This document shows positions 62,151-64,000 of a stretch of 64,000 nucleotides of DNA, in pieces. The notes under the pieces were generated by a model. It had not been told where the DNA came from, did no database searches, and was given only the letters and a program-made list of their open reading frames with translations. Location: positions 31,434,001 to 31,498,000 of the forward strand of contig CM060733.1 in NCBI GenBank assembly GCA_030704615.1. The letters run 5' to 3'. The stretch's first letter is position 1, and each line of letters starts with the position of its first letter. Origin of the DNA: Takakia lepidozioides (lineage: Eukaryota; Plantae; Bryophyta). Made by a program: the position numbers and the translations under genes.

Positions 62151-62759
62151 ATGTCCGACATGGCGTTATTCTGGTATATTCTTGACAGATGACTCTCATA
62201 CCGGTGACTCTGGTATATTCATCCGGACAGACAAATTGTTTGTGGTGAACATCAGTAGGGGCGGTACAATGGCTGCAATCGACTTTACCTGGAGGAGCCC
62301 CATGACTCATGAGCTAGTTCTGAGAGCAGTCGAAGTCCCATTGACAACGTGACTTGTATTCAGTAGGCACAGGGCTAAAGAATTGATTGCACAATCAGCA
62401 CAGTAGACGTGCTTCAAATGCAATTCATGTGGATCAATAAAAACCTCATTGTGCCCTCTTTTTATTCTATTCTGTGTCCATCGTTCCGAGAATGCGTCAT
62501 TGCTCATTTCGTTTGGGATTGGGAGTGTGGGTGGATTTTGCAAGTGGCTGGTAGGCTGAAATGGGCCCCCATTGTACAGAGCAGTACCACCCTACCATTC
62601 GCGAAACATTGCCTTTCAATATATAATTCTAAATAACATTGCCGAACCTCCTTCATCGGGAGGTCCTTCTCCCCCTATGACCGTGGCACCCTAAACCCTA
62701 TTCCCGCGGACACTCATTTCCGGAAAATAGTGCTGCTCATGTTTTTTTCCACACTTACG

Positions 62760-62815
62760 ACTCTGCTCATGGCTCATGCCGCTCATGGCTCATGGCTCAT
62801 GAAATAGCAGCCCCC
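62760..62815 (-). repeat. Right TIR of copy B with GCTCATG subterminal repeats
   Basis: GCTCATGGCTCATGCCGCTCATGGCTCATGGCTCATGAAATAGCAGCCCCC. Confidence 0.92.
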
Positions 62816-62824
62816 GTTTGCATG

Positions 62825-64000
62825 TATACGGGCTTGGTGGACATCGTCAGGTGCTGTAAGGAAATCAGACGAGGGAGCAATGGTCAGTTGGCTAGCATGG
62901 TGGCATTATTGTTTCCTCCAGTTCGGCGACTATATGCGGGAGGTGAGTTGCACGAATTCGCGTCCCGTTGAATATTATTCTTGGCCATATTTGTAACTTG
63001 CTTGTAACCTCAACATGTGCTTGTGCAGGAAATGTGTCTCGACTCCGACACCGACATGCCCACGACAAACATGGCCGAATCAGTGCACTCTTCATGGCGT
63101 GCCTCCTCTGCGGCGCATCTGGTGGACATCCTCACTACCACAATGGAGGACATTGTGAGGTCAATTATGCAACAATGCAGGTACAACGAGTTCTTGAAAG
63201 GGAAACAGTGGGGCTTGGGGCCGGACAGGTAGGAAATGCTGATGCGGACTGCCTCTAGATCGAAGAATCCTCGGAAGTGGGCGGCGGCCTTGCGAGAGGG
63301 CCTTCGGGCCACGCCATTGCTGCGAAGAGACCAACATTTGGAAGGAGATGTTCATACCCGTCCAGTGAGACGAAGACTTGACGAGGCACCTGGCGGAGAA
63401 GAGGATTCATGGCGAGCTGACAAGAATATTCGCACGCTCCCTCATGGTCCGGTGATGTTGCCCGATGAGGTCTCGTCGAGCACCGCAAGTCCTGCACGTT
63501 CAAGATCGCCATCTCCTTTGAGCACAGGGCGCGTGCCCCGGCAACATAACGAGCCATCTGTAGTAAAACAGTACAACATTCCCATTGTGGAGACAAGAGT
63601 GTCGGAGTCACAGTGGAGAATTGCGAGGACATTGCCGGCATTTCGAGGGAAGTGTTGTGCCATCCGGGTGGATACGAGAGCACGCTGTGGTGAGATGATT
63701 CGGAGGAACCCACACGGTGCTGTACCTGCACCTTGTTTCAGCGGCAGATTTTTGACTCCCACATTTGCTCACGCCACAACGCAGACATTTTGGTTCTGTA
63801 GGCACGACATAATGACCTGTGTATTTGGCAAGCCCAAGTACGGGATTCAGGGAATGCCGGAGCCTCCGGGCGTCTGGCCTGTTGCACCGGGTTGCAGCCT
63901 CTCTCAGAATGAGGCGGATGCTCTATCTGCAGCAGGATTTCGAATGGTGCAATGCAAAGACATCCCGGCCCACGCATTTCCGGTTCCTCAGACCCAGCCA
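62825..64000 (+). pseudogene. MULE transposase of copy C, continuation (end of exon 1, intron 62943-63028, exon 2)
   Basis: Resumes after the TSD (…IRAWWTSS…WLAWWH…YMRE|EMCLDSDTDMPTTNMAES); TAG at 63230. Confidence 0.88.

Larger units (their letters stand above)
49320..62815 (-). mobile_element. MULE copy B: complete 13.5-kb element of a diverged subfamily
   Basis: TIRs GAGGTTTACTATTTCATGAGC / GCTCATGAAATAGCAGCCCCC, 9-bp TSD, transposase (-), 53-bp palindrome array, ParB-MTase-like gene (+). Confidence 0.96.
38438..64000 (+). mobile_element. MULE copy C (near full-length, runs off the window; host of nested copy B)
   Basis: Starts (G)nCTGCTATTTCATGAGC, same terminus as copy D (start ambiguous within the G-run 38435-38442). 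Contains the ParB-MTase-like gene (-), an array, and the transposase (+), which resumes at 62825. Confidence 0.92.

Noticed and set aside
49320-62815. Assignment to hAT, CACTA, PIF/Harbinger or Helitron
   Set aside because: There are no CACTA ends, no 3-bp TSD and no Rep/helicase. The G-starting ends, 9-bp TSD, D..D..CxxH..E core and SWIM finger fit Mutator.
1-64000. Host species or lineage assignment
   Set aside because: There is no host gene in the window. A plant origin is likely, but nothing finer can be supported without a search.

Overview
This window is eukaryotic, very probably plant, heterochromatin made entirely of nested transposons. I see no host gene; spliceosomal GT-AG introns and a tRNA-Met PBS are present. 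There are three layers. (1) Four decayed pieces of one non-chromovirus Ty3/Gypsy family that carries a long extra ORF 3' of pol: 1-5341, 23254-31547, 31548-32666 and 32667-38435. (2) A pol-less LTR retroelement (10467-23253) with a gag remnant and a 674-aa repeat-rich ORF. (3) Four copies (A 5342-10466, D 16554-22512, C ~38438->64000, B 49320-62815) of a large Mutator-like (MULE) DNA transposon with short asymmetric TIRs (GAGGTTT(G/A)CTATTTCATGAGC / GGGGGCTGCTATTTCATGAGC) and 8-9 bp TSDs. The complete 13.5-kb copy B is nested in the transposase of C. It carries two divergently transcribed, intron-containing genes: a GCM/WRKY-like zinc-finger + DDE + SWIM transposase, and a gene whose product looks like a ParB/Srx domain (DGNHR) fused to a beta-class N6/N4 DNA amino-methyltransferase fold. 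Between them lies an array of 22-34 bp palindromes at a near-constant 53-bp period, and the palindrome sequence differs between the two subfamilies. This combination (MULE + ParB-MTase + parS-like arrays) is the candidate undescribed system. Domain calls are by eye from motifs, with no HMM or database search. All gene copies here carry stops or frameshifts.
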